A DNA stretch of 57,740 nucleotides, counting the filler, from Sphacelaria rigidula (Eukaryota): assembly GCA_964200075.2 (NCBI GenBank). It is 7 parts of 7 records of this genome, joined end to end, with 100 filler letters (N's around TTAATTAATTAA, not from the genome) between each part and the next. Parts side by side here need not be neighbours in the genome. Positions count along the whole stretch, not along the records: positions 16,527 to 24,689 come from CAXNAA020012074.1; positions 24,790 to 32,952 come from CAXNAA020012075.1; 5 more parts are not named here. One strand, given 5' to 3'. Both the position numbers and the translations under genes were made by a program. How positions within the stretch are numbered: the stretch's first letter is position 1; each line of letters opens with the position of its first letter. Shown piece by piece: positions 16,527 through 29,594 of the stretch. The notes beneath the pieces are model-generated. The model was not told the DNA's origin and ran no database searches. It worked only from the letters and a program-made list of their open reading frames with translations.

Positions 16527-16719
16527 GGCATCAGGACGGCAGTCTCCCCCCGTAGGTCTCTGACCACTCTAGCGATACGCCTTCCTTACATAACGTCTAG
16601 TAAGCTCCTGGCAGCCCCGAGGGGAAATACAGATACAGTCAGTTGGATTAAACGAGGAAAAACAGAACTGAACACGCACACAACGAGAGATTGTGGAAAC
16701 TCCCATGCTTGGGGTTGTT

Positions 16720-18631
16720 TCGTCAGTAGCGCCCATGAGAGGTGCTTCATCCAGTCTGAACCAGCTATTACACCTTGTATTGTCACTTTTTTCTGTTAAA
16801 ACTTGGTGTCGGGGCGGACTGCCCCGCTGCATCGGGATGGTTGCGACCCGTTTCTTTTTTTGACAACCCGCAGCACGTTGGCAGATGAGGTAGCGAAACG
16901 TCTAGCACATGCAGCCACCCCCCACCCGCCGTCATTTTCGCACCTTTGCACAACAACTATGTATATATATATATATGCAGAAGATAAGCTTTATCACCCA
17001 CTTGAAGTAGTGCTCAGCATTTCGTAGGAGGAGGTGTGCGGTAGACACACGGCTCCATCTATCCCGACACCGAATTGGTGAGCCTACTGCCTGCGAAACC
17101 CTCCTGAAAATCCCAGTACTGTGCAGTGTATGCTCAGGGTCAATTGTACGGTTTTTCGAAATAATCTCTCCTCTAGGTCCTAAAGGGGGTCTGAACTGCC
17201 TAGCGAAAGTGCTGGCACACTCCTTTCGGATATGATATGTGAAAACTGTGGGAGTTAGGGTTAGTGCACAGGGAAAGTCCTGAAGGGAAGGATAGTTGTG
17301 TTGGGAAGCAGTCGTCCATTGTAACGGGTATCAACCGTTCAAGCAAGGAAATTTTGATTCTGAACAGGGAAAGATGTACCACAGTATCCCTGAGTACTCT
17401 TCTACATGTGTCATTTGCGAGGGTCAAGTCATTGGGATTTCGCGACTGGCTGGCGTCTGCACAGAGGTCGCCCGGCGTAGCAACGTGTGCCAAATTTCGC
17501 AATCTCTGTAAGAGCAGTGCTACGGTAGGGTTGCACTTTTGTTGCGAAATTATGTCTAGTTCAGCGGCTCCTAACGATTCTAGATGCACCAAAATATGGG
17601 TCAGGACATCCCTGTTTGCAAATTCAATCGGGATATCCCCATCACATTGGAGCAGTAATCCTGGCGTACTTTCACATATTTTCATAGGCCGCGTTTTGTA
17701 TGAGAAAATGGCTCCTAACAATTCTAACGTCAGAAAAACAATGAGCACCCCTACCGTAGCATCACTCGTAGAACAAAACAGTTCGGTTGTTCCAACTACA
17801 TAAACATGATTAAAATGGCTCTACGTAGTGATCCGAGGAACTGTGGCTTACCTGCGTCCTCCTGCCACGTATACAAGGACAATGATACAAATTTTGCAGT
17901 CGCATGTAACACTCGCGAGGAAGCAGATAGGTTCTCCTCTATTAAATCCCGCGTTTTCCACCCTGCAAACCGTTTGATGCCCGTTGCTTTCTAATAAGAA
18001 CGTTAAACTACCATTTCTGTCTCCTGTACTGATTGCGGTATTTCCATGTCAGGAAAAAATGGTCTTGCTGTTTTACAGTATCTTCGCACGTGTGGACGGA
18101 CCCAAAGCGGCCACTTTCCCTCAGACCACCACGTAGAGCCATTTCAATCATGTCTATGTAGTTGGAACAACCAAACTGTTTTGTTGTCACAGAGATTGCA
18201 AAATTTGGTACATGTTGCTACGCCGGGCGACCCCTGTGTAGACGCCAGCCAGTTGAGTGGAGCGACGAAAGCTAGCTACGATCGGGTTTGCCTGCCGTAC
18301 GGCCGCCAGCGTTGCTTCGAAGCCACAAGACTTTTGAGGTTGGCGGTTGATGGCGTGGGTGTCAAATGCAACGACAAGTGTTTGATTATAGAGCAACCTT
18401 ATTGTTCTTCGTGGGTTCGTATCTCGCCCCACGTGATAATGCGCGACCTCGTCACATCGGAAATGTATCTTGAAAGCTACTCTGCCGAGGTCTTCACGCA
18501 GCCAGCGCGTGCTCCAGATTGCAGCATGGACGCACCCCTCTGCGCCGCGCTCGCAACGGTTAGATCACCACCATTGTTATCTTTTTTCACTCCGCATGTC
18601 AAGAAAGTCTTCACAAGTGTTTGATGTCTCA

Positions 18632-18673
<42 letters not shown>

Positions 18674-19481
18674 ACGCCTCCTTTGCCCCCCCCCGCGCCC
18701 GCCCCCCCCCCCCTCTCCTCTGCCAGCGCACANNNNNNNNNNGTTTAGACCCCCCCCTTTTTTTTTTTTTTCCCCCCCGCAATAAAAAAAACTTTTCAAA
18801 ATTTTTTTTTTTCCCCCCCCCCCCCCCCCCCCCCCCACTGGCGTCTCGCACACTCTTTGTCGTTGGGCGCCCAAAGGGTCGCTCACATACATGTCGGGTC
18901 AAATCAACGATGAATAACACCCCTCAAAGTTTCAATTGGATATATCTGTTGTTTTTGCCGCACCACCGCCCTTGCTGATATGTGTGTGACAGAGAACAGT
19001 AGGAGCGGTGACGGGAACATTGCCCCATTCTCAGCGACGTGTTTTTCAGCGCACAGAGGCGCGTCCTGTCCAAAAATAGAGGCAGAGAGAAATCGGTCTT
19101 CGCATTCGTGAGCTCGACAGGCAAGAAGAGACGGAATCTCTCCGCAGCTCGACGTTCTGGCACATGGAAAATTGGGTACATGCCGGTAACATCGATGATC
19201 CAGTACACCGAGCGATCGGTGATCGCCGAGCGAGGACACACAAAGGACACGGGCGAGGAGCTTCCTCTCTGTTGTTGCTTCTCTCTCTGGTGATATCGTC
19301 ATCGGCAAGCGTGTACACTGCATTCGTTGGGTGCACCTAGCCACAGCTGCTTAACTGCTGCGGACATTTGGGGGGAAGGTGGCTTCGCTCGGTCGTAGGT
19401 GTTTCGCGTCACCCCTGCAAAAAGGGAATGCCACTTGAACCTCATTTTTGAGATGAACCCGATTTTTCAGGATCCGCTGTT
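16720..19481 (-). mobile_element. Long non-coding dispersed repeat starting AACAGCGGATCC (probable non-autonomous DNA transposon)
   Basis: Colinear reverse-complement homology with 47629-49411. Partial copies at about 3025-3559 and 46596-46925. The distal end was not identified. Confidence 0.8.
17512..17767. mobile_element. MITE with GAG...CTC termini (Sola2-like)
   Basis: TIR core TGCTACGGTAGGG. Flanks GTAA/GTAG. Termini shared with 50513-50765. Confidence 0.75.
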
Positions 19482-20849
19482 AATAGAGAATATGGCGTAT
19501 CGGCTTTTCACTTTTCCGGAGCAAAGAAAAGATTAACCTGCGTGCTACCTACACTCATTTGGATAGAGTCATACATGAGCTAATTGTGCAACGAACAGGG
19601 CAGCGTCGGTGCACCGAGCCACCGAGGAACACCACTTCACCGTCACGTGCCTCCCAATTATCTCTGCCACATCCTTCTTTCCACGCAACGCACGTCGGAG
19701 CTCACGACGGGATATGAATTTACCAATATTTCCATCTTGAGCCGTCATCAGTTCCTCCAGTTCCCGACGACTTCACGAGGTCCAAAGATGCCTGGAGCGC
19801 CCTGGTGCGCATTTTGGCTGACTTGTGCAACACCCTCTGCTGGGAAGCACATTTAGCAACAAGAACGCGTCGAAAAGGGTTGACTCATACGGCAAGGACG
19901 AATCTCGGCATGTTCTGGTATTTTGTAGTCTGCATCTGAATTAGGAGATTTGTGTACTTCTTTTGTAGTCGGCGATTTTCAATGTGTTCATCGCGTGCTA
20001 CCGCTCATCCCAGCGAGCGGTTGATCCCAAAGTTCGGGAGTCAGGAGATATAAGGCATCCGCTCCATATTCCGAAACAAAAGTCGTCTATGCGCTCAATA
20101 TTGAACAACTTCCGAGCTGAATGGACAGGGGGTGTAATTGAGTGCTTGGGGTCCAAAACAAATTTATTCTCGGCTCTAGCACAATGAATAGATAAATATT
20201 AAACGTGAGGGTCCGTAGAATCATTCGTGAGAGTTATCGGAATTGGTTCACCCCCGTCAGTGTTATCCAGAGCTCGGTTGGGCACTTTCGTTTTTGGGTA
20301 CTTTCCTGAACAAGCTCGTGTAGCACCCGTCCTTGGTGCTTGAACGTCCTACCGTCGATAGATATTGGGAAGAGAAGCAGGCCGTGCTCAGATCACAATC
20401 GTCAATTGGTTTGATACGAAGTAAGTACCTTGTTCATCAGCGGGTGTCATCGGCCGCCACTGGTCCAAGAGAAACAGTTTTGCGGCTCTAGCACATGAAA
20501 TAGGTGATGATTATGAAAAAACCATCAGTTTCATTCGTTCACGAAAACGATCGGGATTGCTCCAGTCGAGCTAAAATACTCGAGGGTCAGAACCTGGGGC
20601 TGAGTGGTCTCAGGACCCCCGAAACCCGGTCAGCCCGTAAGTCGCGTTTAATTATGAGCGCAGGTGTGGTCTTATTTCGGGATGTGGATGGGTTCACTAG
20701 AATCTCCCGATCTCCAAACTTTGGGATCAAACGTTCACTGGGACCAGCGATGGCGCACGGAAACACTTTCGAATATTCCCGACTACAAAAACAAATGCGA
20801 AAAGCTGCTATTGTATTCCGCATGAAAACTACAAGAAATCAGTCTCGGG

Positions 20850-21118
20850 GGAACGTTTTCGGCATCATTCTTTCCCTCTCTTGGGCGCTGGACGACACCT
20901 CGAGGCTGATGAGCTCTAACATACGAATTATCAACTAGCTTCGATTTCTATGTCACTACTTCTTCTTTCTTTCTTTTTTTCTCTGTTCCTATTTTTTCTG
21001 TTCCTTTTTTTTCCCCTAGAGTGTTCGAATTTCGTTTTTCTTGGGTACGTCTATCATGAGACCACAGCTCGACCCCTGGGGGGTCAGTTAAAGTGCAACA
21101 AGCAATCAATCAATCAAG
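20850..21118 (+). mobile_element. Probable LINE 3' UTR ending in (CAAT)n
   Basis: Pyrimidine-rich tract, GAGACCACAG, a G-run, AAAGTGCAAC, then CAATCAATCAATCAA. Confidence 0.5.
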
Positions 21119-22070
21119 CACTTCTCATCGTACATCTTCGCCCAAAAGCGGGATTTCCAGACCTGCGCACGCTCGGGGAGTTGGAAATTGCCTGCATGGT
21201 TGACGAAGTCGTCGGCTCTTGTCCATGCACAAAAGTGCAGTGAATATCCTCGGGAATCACTTGCGAGCACCAAACAGCCAGCGGAGTACGCCCTCTCTCA
21301 GTGGTCTCCTCTAAGCGTACACCCACCACCAGCAATCAGCACACAGCTGAAGCGCGTTGCACACCCTGTTTCCAGTAGTAGGTAGCAATGAACACGACTT
21401 ACAAGTGACGCTGTGCTGCGCTTGTGGCGGTGCTTAGGCGCCTTGCTTCACCCCCATAATATATCGAGCTGTGAGCTGGACCAACTGCAGTACAGCGTCT
21501 TTTCGACACACTCATCAATTTCTTTACACCCGAGTGCCCTTCTCGGGCATGCCGTCAACGGCTCCTCCATCCCTGCGCGGATGATTCGACCGACGATGCC
21601 ACCAACAGCATGTGCGTTCACTGTGGAATATACACGGTCTAGCGCTACTGTGTGTATCCGCCATCGAAACCCAGTATTATTTCCCAGCGAGCGGGGATCG
21701 ATGGACCAACACCATGACTCGCAGCACGAGCAGCTAATACGAGATAATGAACGCCAAATGAACATGTACGTCAGATGTAAAGCTATGATCGGCAGTTGAC
21801 TTCGCTGATGGCGCCACTCACTTAGGGAGAAAGCTCCACGCAGCCCCTCGCCACCCTTACGTTAACATAGCGTATTCGGGATGCTTTGCAAGCTCACAGA
21901 GGAGCATACTTATCCCATGCTGCTGCTCTGCATCGGCACGTACGTTTCGGCACACACCCACGGATGGGGGTACCAAGTTGGTAATGAAATTCCCGTCCAC
22001 CTCTGCCTCCAGCATTACATCATTTAAGTACTTCTGCGCAGTTAGGCTTGTGTTGGCAAATAGTCCATGG

Positions 22071-22325
22071 GACTGCTGCCGAGATAACCCCCGCCCCCGA
22101 ACCGGCCAAAACAATGCACGGAGGCGATAATAATAAATACCGTTGGAGCTGGTATCGTGCTGCACGACGCGACTCATTTGTACGTAATCGCTGATTTAGG
22201 ACTGCTACACGCCTCTCATGCGGGCGAAATTGTTGAAAACGAGCCCAATAGTGGGGTGGGTCACAGCCGGTTTGTCGGACGGTCTCCGGTGCACTTTTTG
22301 TGGGGGGGCTATCTCGGCATTAGTC
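22071..22325. mobile_element. MITE with GACTGCTGCCGAGATA TIRs and 4-bp TSD ATGG
   Basis: TIRs of about 24 bp. ATGG on both flanks (22067-22070 and 22326-22329). Homologous along its length to 46983-47231. Confidence 0.9.
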
Positions 22326-22857
22326 ATGGCATATCGAAGAACGATCTAACGCCGTGCCTGCTGCGGTTGTCGTGAAATACGCGTCCTTACTTCTCCTCGA
22401 GACCACAAAACACCAATAACAATAGTCGTAATAAACACACACCAGCGATGCCTGCGAAAGACATCTCGTTTGCTGATAGGCGAGACGCAACCCTCGCCCC
22501 CGTAGCTAGTATGGCGAACTAAGGATGTTGGCTGCTCGAATGCCGTCATCCATATGGCGTCTGCTCCCCCCAACCCTCTGATCGCTTCTTTGCCGGGACC
22601 GCCAAGTCTCATGAATAATGAGGCATTTACTCCGGGGATGGATGGGGAGGGTTACAAAAAGTTGGTTCAATGGCAACACACCTAAGCTGTAGACATGAAA
22701 ATGAGGAATCAACTCCTTTCTCCCTGCTGCTTTTGTGGGAACACATGTGTGTAGCCTTTCAGTCGTGACAAGTATACTCCATGTGAGGGAAGAGCTTGGT
22801 AAGATTATGCCTTACATTCGTTAGCGCTGTTTCCGAGACAATTTTCCACACGTCGGA

Positions 22858-24303
22858 GGAGTCATTACTCGTCGAAACGAGTGCACTCGTGGATGTTTTT
22901 CGAAAACCCAACGAGCATGNNNNNNNNAAAACACAACGAGCATGACTCGTGCGCTCGAGTCATTACATTTTTTTACAAAGAGCAATGACTCGTGTGCTCG
23001 AGTCATTACTCTTTTTACAACGAGCAATGACTCGAGTGCTCGCCCTATTGTATTTTTCCACAACGAGCGATGATTCGAGCGCTCGCCCTATTGTATTTTT
23101 CCACAACGAGCAATGGCTCGAGTGCTCGCCCTATTCTATTTTTCCACAACAAGCAATGACTCCAGTTCTCGCCCTATTAACCCTTCTGCATGGGACCGAC
23201 CCCTCACTAACACAAGGTTGACCATGTCTTAGTGAAATAATAAATCATAAGTCCGGGAGCGACCTGCCCAATCACGGCGAGGCGAAATTTATCCACCAGA
23301 CCCGAACGACCAGCACGGGGATTGTTGCCGAGTGTGATGTCACCACAAAGATAGTGTGGGGGCCCTATCCCTGGCCCAGATAAGCCTTCCCAGGTTTCTG
23401 AAGCCAGGGTGCTCGGAGCATGACTCATTGTATTACTTCCATTCAGTACAGCGTTCCCGGGGTTTCCCGGGAGGTTTCTGGGGCCGCCAGCCTATACTAA
23501 AACGTAGTGATTACACTAACACAGGATGGCGTGGGAAAACCGGGAAATAGTGTACATGCCACAATGTGGTCATTTTCACGAGGCACTGAACCCAGGTGGG
23601 CCGTGGAAAGACAAAAGGAGTTACCGTCATGAATTCTGCTCATCCCTCTGCTGATGACTTGCACTGTGCAGTTAACATGTATGTAGTGGGCGAGGATGAA
23701 CAAGCTGTGTATAGGCAGCTGATCTCCGTCGCTGAGAACTGCCCAGAACGTGCGAGGGAGTATGCAGCAGCAGCTGCTGCTGCAGTCGGAGATGTGTACT
23801 GTACTGTACTGTGCTATACTGCATGTATGTGCGCCGCAACGCCAAAACCCTTTGAAGATAATTCGTGCAACAAAGAGGGAAATGGCGGCCCACCCCGACC
23901 ACAAAGGGCTGTGTGGCGAGGTGATGGGGACATTATTATCATCCAAGGCCGCAATTGGCGGGCGGCCCGCCGGTCGCCGCATCCTGTTGAAAGCTCTGTG
24001 CCGCGACCCATACCGCTTGCTACATCATCATCAGATGTACATAACCTAATGCGCAGCCTGCACCTGAAAATAGATTGGATGAAGCTTTCGGTCTTCTTTA
24101 TAACCCTGCGGTTACATTCGCGGACTTTCAGCAATATGCCACTATTTCGTGCAGACGGCAGACACGTCATTCCTAACAAGCCTCATTGGTCCTTCTGGGG
24201 GCCCGGTCCCAAAGGGGTTAATTTTTTCCACAACGAGCAATGACTCGAGTGCTCGTCCTATTAATTGTTTCCACCATAAGCAATGACTCGAGTGCTCGCC
24301 CTA
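22858..24303. repeat. Minisatellite with unit of about 42 bp, split by the piggyBac insertion
   Basis: Unit TTTTTCCACAACGAGCAATGACTCGAGTGCTCGCCCTATTGTA at 22858-23176, resuming at 24222-24303. Confidence 0.85.
23181..24217 (+). mobile_element. piggyBac-derived non-autonomous element with transposase relics
   Basis: TTAA on both sides (23177-23180 and 24218-24221). Ends CCCTT..TGGGACCG and CGGTCCCAAAGGGG. Relic motifs SVQRSRGFP (about 23445-23470) and frameshifted WKD/KGVTVMNSAHP (about 23604-23646). Inserted into a minisatellite. Confidence 0.8.
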
Positions 24304-24689
24304 CGAGCTGGGCCGGCCATAAGTGATTTTTAAAGAAGAGTGGACATGCTTTTGGCAATTCGAAGAGTTAGGCGCTGAAATTTCGACACAACATTTTTAA
24401 TGTCAATCTGCGCAACCCTGTGAGGGGTGCAGAGGAAAAATACAAAAAACGGAAGTGAGAGCGTGTTGAAGTTCCAGCAAAAAAAGGGAAAATGCTATAA
24501 CTCCCTCAAAAAAATTATTCAAACGATGACAACGCGGCGGGACAAAGGGGCACTCGCGTCAATCACATCCTTGTAAAATTTCAGCAAAAAATACGTAAAA
24601 TTGGGCTTCGGGTGGCACTTTTTGTGTGACCCCAGTGGTCAAACTGATACAACAGCCTCAAATGACACAGGCCACGAGTTCGAATCCCG
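24304..24689. mobile_element. Second copy of the CGAGCTGGGCCGGCC element, cut by the contig end
   Basis: Starts TA|CGAGCTGGGCCGGCC and is the reverse-complement homologue of about 6555-6935. Confidence 0.82.
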
Positions 24690-24789
24690 NNNNNNNNNNN
24701 NNNNNNNNNNNNNNNNNNNNNNNNNNNNNNNNNTTAATTAATTAANNNNNNNNNNNNNNNNNNNNNNNNNNNNNNNNNNNNNNNNNNNN
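24690..24789. other. Artificial contig linker
   Basis: Same 100-bp linker. Confidence 0.98.
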
Positions 24790-26840
24790 TCTACTGTCTG
24801 GAGTGCTGTTCAAAGAGATGCTCTACAGAGCCTGCGCACCGGAGACTGAAAAACGCTACAGGCTGGTTCACGCTTATCACCCAAGAAACATGGCAAAACT
24901 TCACGCCGTTTTAAGGAGTTGGACCCTGAGATTTCGCACGAATGTTTTATGTGTCATTACGCAACCTTCGAAGGTTGTTTTTTTTTTCCCTTTTTTCCCT
25001 TTTTTCACCGTTTTTCGAGGGTCCACGTTTTTTGGGGGAAACCTCGACCCAATCGCACCCCCGTGGAACGGTGACAAGAAAAAAACCCCTGTTCATCCAA
25101 AGTTGCGTAATGACCCAAAGCACAGATGTACAAAATTTCAGGGTCTAACTCCTCGAAACGGCTTGAGGTTATTCGCTGTTGTGCGATGAACTTTGCCGTG
25201 CCGCGGTGAAACCGCAAACTACTTGATTTTAGCAACATAACGGCGTTTTTGGGCTTTCTTTGACGTGAACATGGAAATTCAAGCACCAGTTTATCGAGCT
25301 TTGCGACGAAAAATTGTGGAGCCCATCCTCGGGTTATGCGGAGGCAGGTAGTTCGCGAAAAAGTGAAGGAAAAGTATGGTGGTCCCGTTTTTCTGGGGTC
25401 CCAGAGTGGAGACTACTTCGAAAAACGACTTCGATCCCGTCGGACCCCCGAAAAACGGTGAAAAACTCACGAAGTACGAGAAGCATCGTCCGTAGAAAGT
25501 TGCGTAATGATACGTGGCATGTTTTTGCAGAGTTTCAGGATCTAGCTCCTAATGACAGCGTGAAAGTTTGCGCGTTTGTGGCGGACGTGGGCTTCAAACG
25601 TGCAACTCCTTACTACTTAGCTTTGGTGTGGAAACGTCTTTTGGGGTGAATATGACGCCAGGACAAAAAAAAGTGAGGTTTTCCAGTTTCTCCACCAAAC
25701 TTTGTACATGTGTGCCTTGAACTCTCTTGGGACGCATCATTTCATTATTTTTATTCAAGGGTATTCTGTACCGCCTCCCGGGGGTCTTCACGCTGGGACC
25801 CCCGGAAGCCGGTAGAGAACGGAGAAATCATGAGATATTGTCAAGAATACATTTTTTCCATTTTGAGCATCAATACGTACGGAACCGCCAAGTTTGCGAG
25901 CGATCTGAGCTTTTCTACAACAGACAGAGGGGACACCGTCAGGAGGCTCCCTGGGTCTTTCGTGCGTATCATATGTGGAAATTAGACGACGCCAACACTC
26001 GACATCACCGAAACATCACGGTTTCGGGTATAATTCGACCGCCGTAGTAACGGTTTAAAAAATATGATTTTCTCGTTAGATTTCCGTGTCGATGACGGTT
26101 ACGACGATTTGAAGCATGTAGAGATCGGGTGAAAATTAGGCTTGGTATTCGTAATTTCGACCTCGGAACAGTTTGAAGGGTGATTGGCTGAGACACATTT
26201 TCGTCCATAGCGCCACCGCTACGGCCTCAAACAAAAATCCGGCTATGCCACCCTCTTCGTCCCTTTATTGCGGTCAGTATGATACCATATATAGCGACTA
26301 TTGGGTGCTTATTGCGGGAGGCATTTGCTGACGACACAATTTTGGGTGATCACCGTGAACCAGCCTGTATGCACTAGCGGCTCTCCATGCGAAATTTCAG
26401 AGCACAACTCTCAATAACTGAGATGCGATACGTATCCAGATTTGGGGCATCTAGTCCCTCTGCTCGTAATACGTTGATTTTAGTATGGAACCTTGTGTGC
26501 GCCATATCTCGAGATGAATTACGAACTAGGTGAAGGTAACGGTATCTCTATCGTCTTTCCGTGCCCCAGTGAATCTCCACACCAAAAATCACTGTCATGC
26601 GCTGAATGTATCGTTCGGGGCTTCATATATATTTCAGTATGGACGCTATCTCCGTCCGGTATAGAAATCACTAACATGGGGTTCAATTAACGAGAAAATA
26701 TTGGCCTAGACTTTGAAGCAGATATGCACCTTCCCCTTGATCAGACGATTAATACGATATGCGAATCACGGCCGAACTCGTCTGTGTCGATGATATTTTG
26801 CTTTGAGAGCTCAAATCCGTTTCTAGGCTGGCCCAGCTCG
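24790..26840. mobile_element. Probable right part of a related TIR element
   Basis: Ends GGCTGGCCCAGCTCG|TA at 26840. Internal degenerate repeats (AAAGTTGCGTAATGA... near 25099 and 25496). The left end is not in the contig, so the extent is uncertain. Confidence 0.45.
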
Positions 26841-29559
26841 TATACCTTTTGAAGGGACCGTTTTATGATCGTATTGTGAAAGTGGTTGGAGTAGCCTATG
26901 TTGGTCAGAGGTACTGAGTACTGCAGACTGATTTGAGTACCTGAGAACCTCCCAGTACGTCGAGCACCTTCTTTCCAAAATATTTGGTCTTGTACCCGGA
27001 GTGCGTTGTGTACTTCCTGTCTCATGAGTTAGGGTACTCATGAGCAATACGTTGTCTGGGTACAGCCGTATTGGTGAGGATAGTATAGTCGGGCTCGCTG
27101 GAAAGATGGAACGAAGACGAAGCTAGAGAAAAAAACAAAAACGAGGTTCTATTCCTTCACCGAAAATGGGTTAAAATATTACCCTATTTTCGTCTATTTT
27201 GAGAGTATTTTTGAGAAATTTTTTTTCACGTGTTTTCAATAATTCTCGAAATTTTTCCAAAAGCGTCCAAATTTAGTACCCCACTTGCCCACTACACCAC
27301 TCTAGCAATGGACTCGCCCCCCAGCACAACCCCACCTCGCAAACCGCAAACCGGGCGCCGAGATTTCGGTTGGTGGCCGTTACGCAATGGCGACATGATT
27401 TTCGACACTTTCTTTCGCGTGGGAAAGGCGTGATATATGGCCACTGTTGGGCCGACTGAGTTTTTCGGCCGTTCGGCCGCACGGCCCAAGCCCCGATTGA
27501 AGAGAGAAGAAACATGTCTTTTACTCGAAAAACACCGAAGATTTCAACAAGAAGGTCGAAAAACAGATGGGACACGGTTGAGGACCCCTACAATTTTTGG
27601 TACCCTAACTATTGTTCTCGCCCCCCATCCCGCGCACCCCCCACCGCAGACGTGGCCAACGGAGAGAGGTACAACAAGGTCGGCTACAGCTTGAGTTGCG
27701 GCGGGTGCGGGTGCCTGTGCTGCTGACACCACGCTCGGGAGGGGAAAACCCCTCCTACTGCGCTCACCCTTGCCTGGGCATGGGCGGGCGCGGGGGAGAT
27801 CGAGGCGGCGGCTAGAACGGCGAGTTTCAGCTGTGGTTTGATGAAATCTCACCCAGTTTTTGTCATCATGGGGTTGCGACGGCTTTTCGGTATAATAGCA
27901 GGGATGGGATCGATTTGTCGAGCTGTCGGCGGCAGCGTTTGTTTTTCGAGGTTTTGGTCGGAGGGCTGCCGCCGCGGGCTCAATATCCGCTTGGACCCCG
28001 GCCTAAACGCGGTGTTTGAGCTCCGTCGATGTATTTATTCCCCGCTCTCGTCCGTGGTGATGGTGTGGATGTGTTTTTTGCGCGTCTAGGAAGGCGCCCG
28101 CGTTTGTTTTTTACAGCCAAGAGATGATAGATGTTTGATGGATGGGTAGGGGTGCAATGTGCTCCAAGCGCGTCTGCGTTCGCTCGTTTCGCTCGTTCAC
28201 TGACTGTGGGTCAAATCGTTCTCGTGTCTTATTTTGCTTGTTTTTGTGTGTGTTGAGCGGTGTTCGTTTTCTTTTCGGTTCCTGTGTTTCCTCTGTCTGT
28301 GTGTACGTTCTTGTGTTTTCGCGCGGCTGGTTGGACGCGGCGTATGCGTGCGTGTGTACGCGCGTGTGTCAGAGTGTATGTTTGTGTCTTGAATGTTGGC
28401 GGACGTGCGTCACCGTTGTCCCGCCTGGTGATATCTTCTGACATTCGTGGTGCTTCGCTGAACTATTTTACTAGACCTGCGTGTGCTGTGATGGCCGCGC
28501 ACAACGTTTTCTGAGTGTATTAATTGAATCCACGTAGTACGGTCGATATACACCTGTCACGGTATTTTTTTCCCCCTTACCTCGCGCGCCTTGTGTGGAT
28601 CATTCTCCAGTAATACGTGAAACGATCGTGATGTTTGTGACGGTTGTTGTCTGTTCTTGTATTTTTTTTGTTCATACAATATTTGCTTGTTGTATCTTGC
28701 CTGTCTCTGAAAGTCAATGGCCACGAGTTCAGTTTTGCGCGTTGAAATCGCTGCGTCAGGCACCCCCACCCCCCCCGTAGGTTACGTGTAATTGTACAGC
28801 TCAGACTCGTGTTTGCAACGCGTTTTTTTTTTCTTGTCCGTCTCGTGTCTTTTTACCCAACAGTAGTATGTGAGTGCTTTCGTGTTGTTCTTGTTGTTCG
28901 CCTCAGATGGGATGAGGCTGGGCGCAACCCTGGCGGCAGACCGATCGCTTCCTGACGGTCACAAAGAACATGGGACTTGAACTTTTTGTTCACTCGCGTC
29001 TTTGACGTGCAACTTAGAACCCCCACCCCCCTTCCCCGTTTAGTGGCTTAGTGGCGATCATTGTCCGCACCCCCCTCCCTCCTCTCCAGGAGACCGCTCC
29101 ATGAGAATGGTATTCCTCTCCACGGGCGACAGGACTGACCATAATCAACAGGATAGTACCACGTCCTGAACGCGCCCGTCGAAGTTCCTGTGCGGATTGT
29201 GATGGCTGGGCAGTCGTGTTTTTGCTGACCCTTGTACCGGGTAGCGTTTGGCCACCTTGCTACTTATTCGAGGAGCTTGATACTCAAGATGATGCATCGG
29301 TAAATGTGGGTCCATATGCACTACTTCGGTGTAAGTTTTGGCGCCCAAAAAAGTTGGGCAGTCGTAGAGTACACAGTGTGGGGTAATGGAGGAGGTGAGC
29401 TAGGGCCTGTGCATTTTTAGTTTGGTTGTGCTTCAGGCATTCGCCTGGATCGTGCGCACTTTTTCTTTCACTTCATCCTTTTGGGGGGGGGGGGATACCC
29501 GCGTTTCGGGGTGGGCTGTGTGGTGCCTCTCCCTCTGCAACAACTGTCGTTGTGCGCTC

Positions 29560-29594
<35 letters not shown>

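Noticed and set aside
18634..18837. Long poly-C tract with N10, a possible G-quadruplex or poly-Gly ORF
   Set aside because: The homologous copy near 48295-48315 has only about 10-15 bp between the same flanks. The tract is most likely a sequencing or scaffolding artefact.
22858..23176. Regular repeats that resemble a CRISPR array
   Set aside because: The units are contiguous with no unique spacers, there are no cas genes, and the context is eukaryotic.
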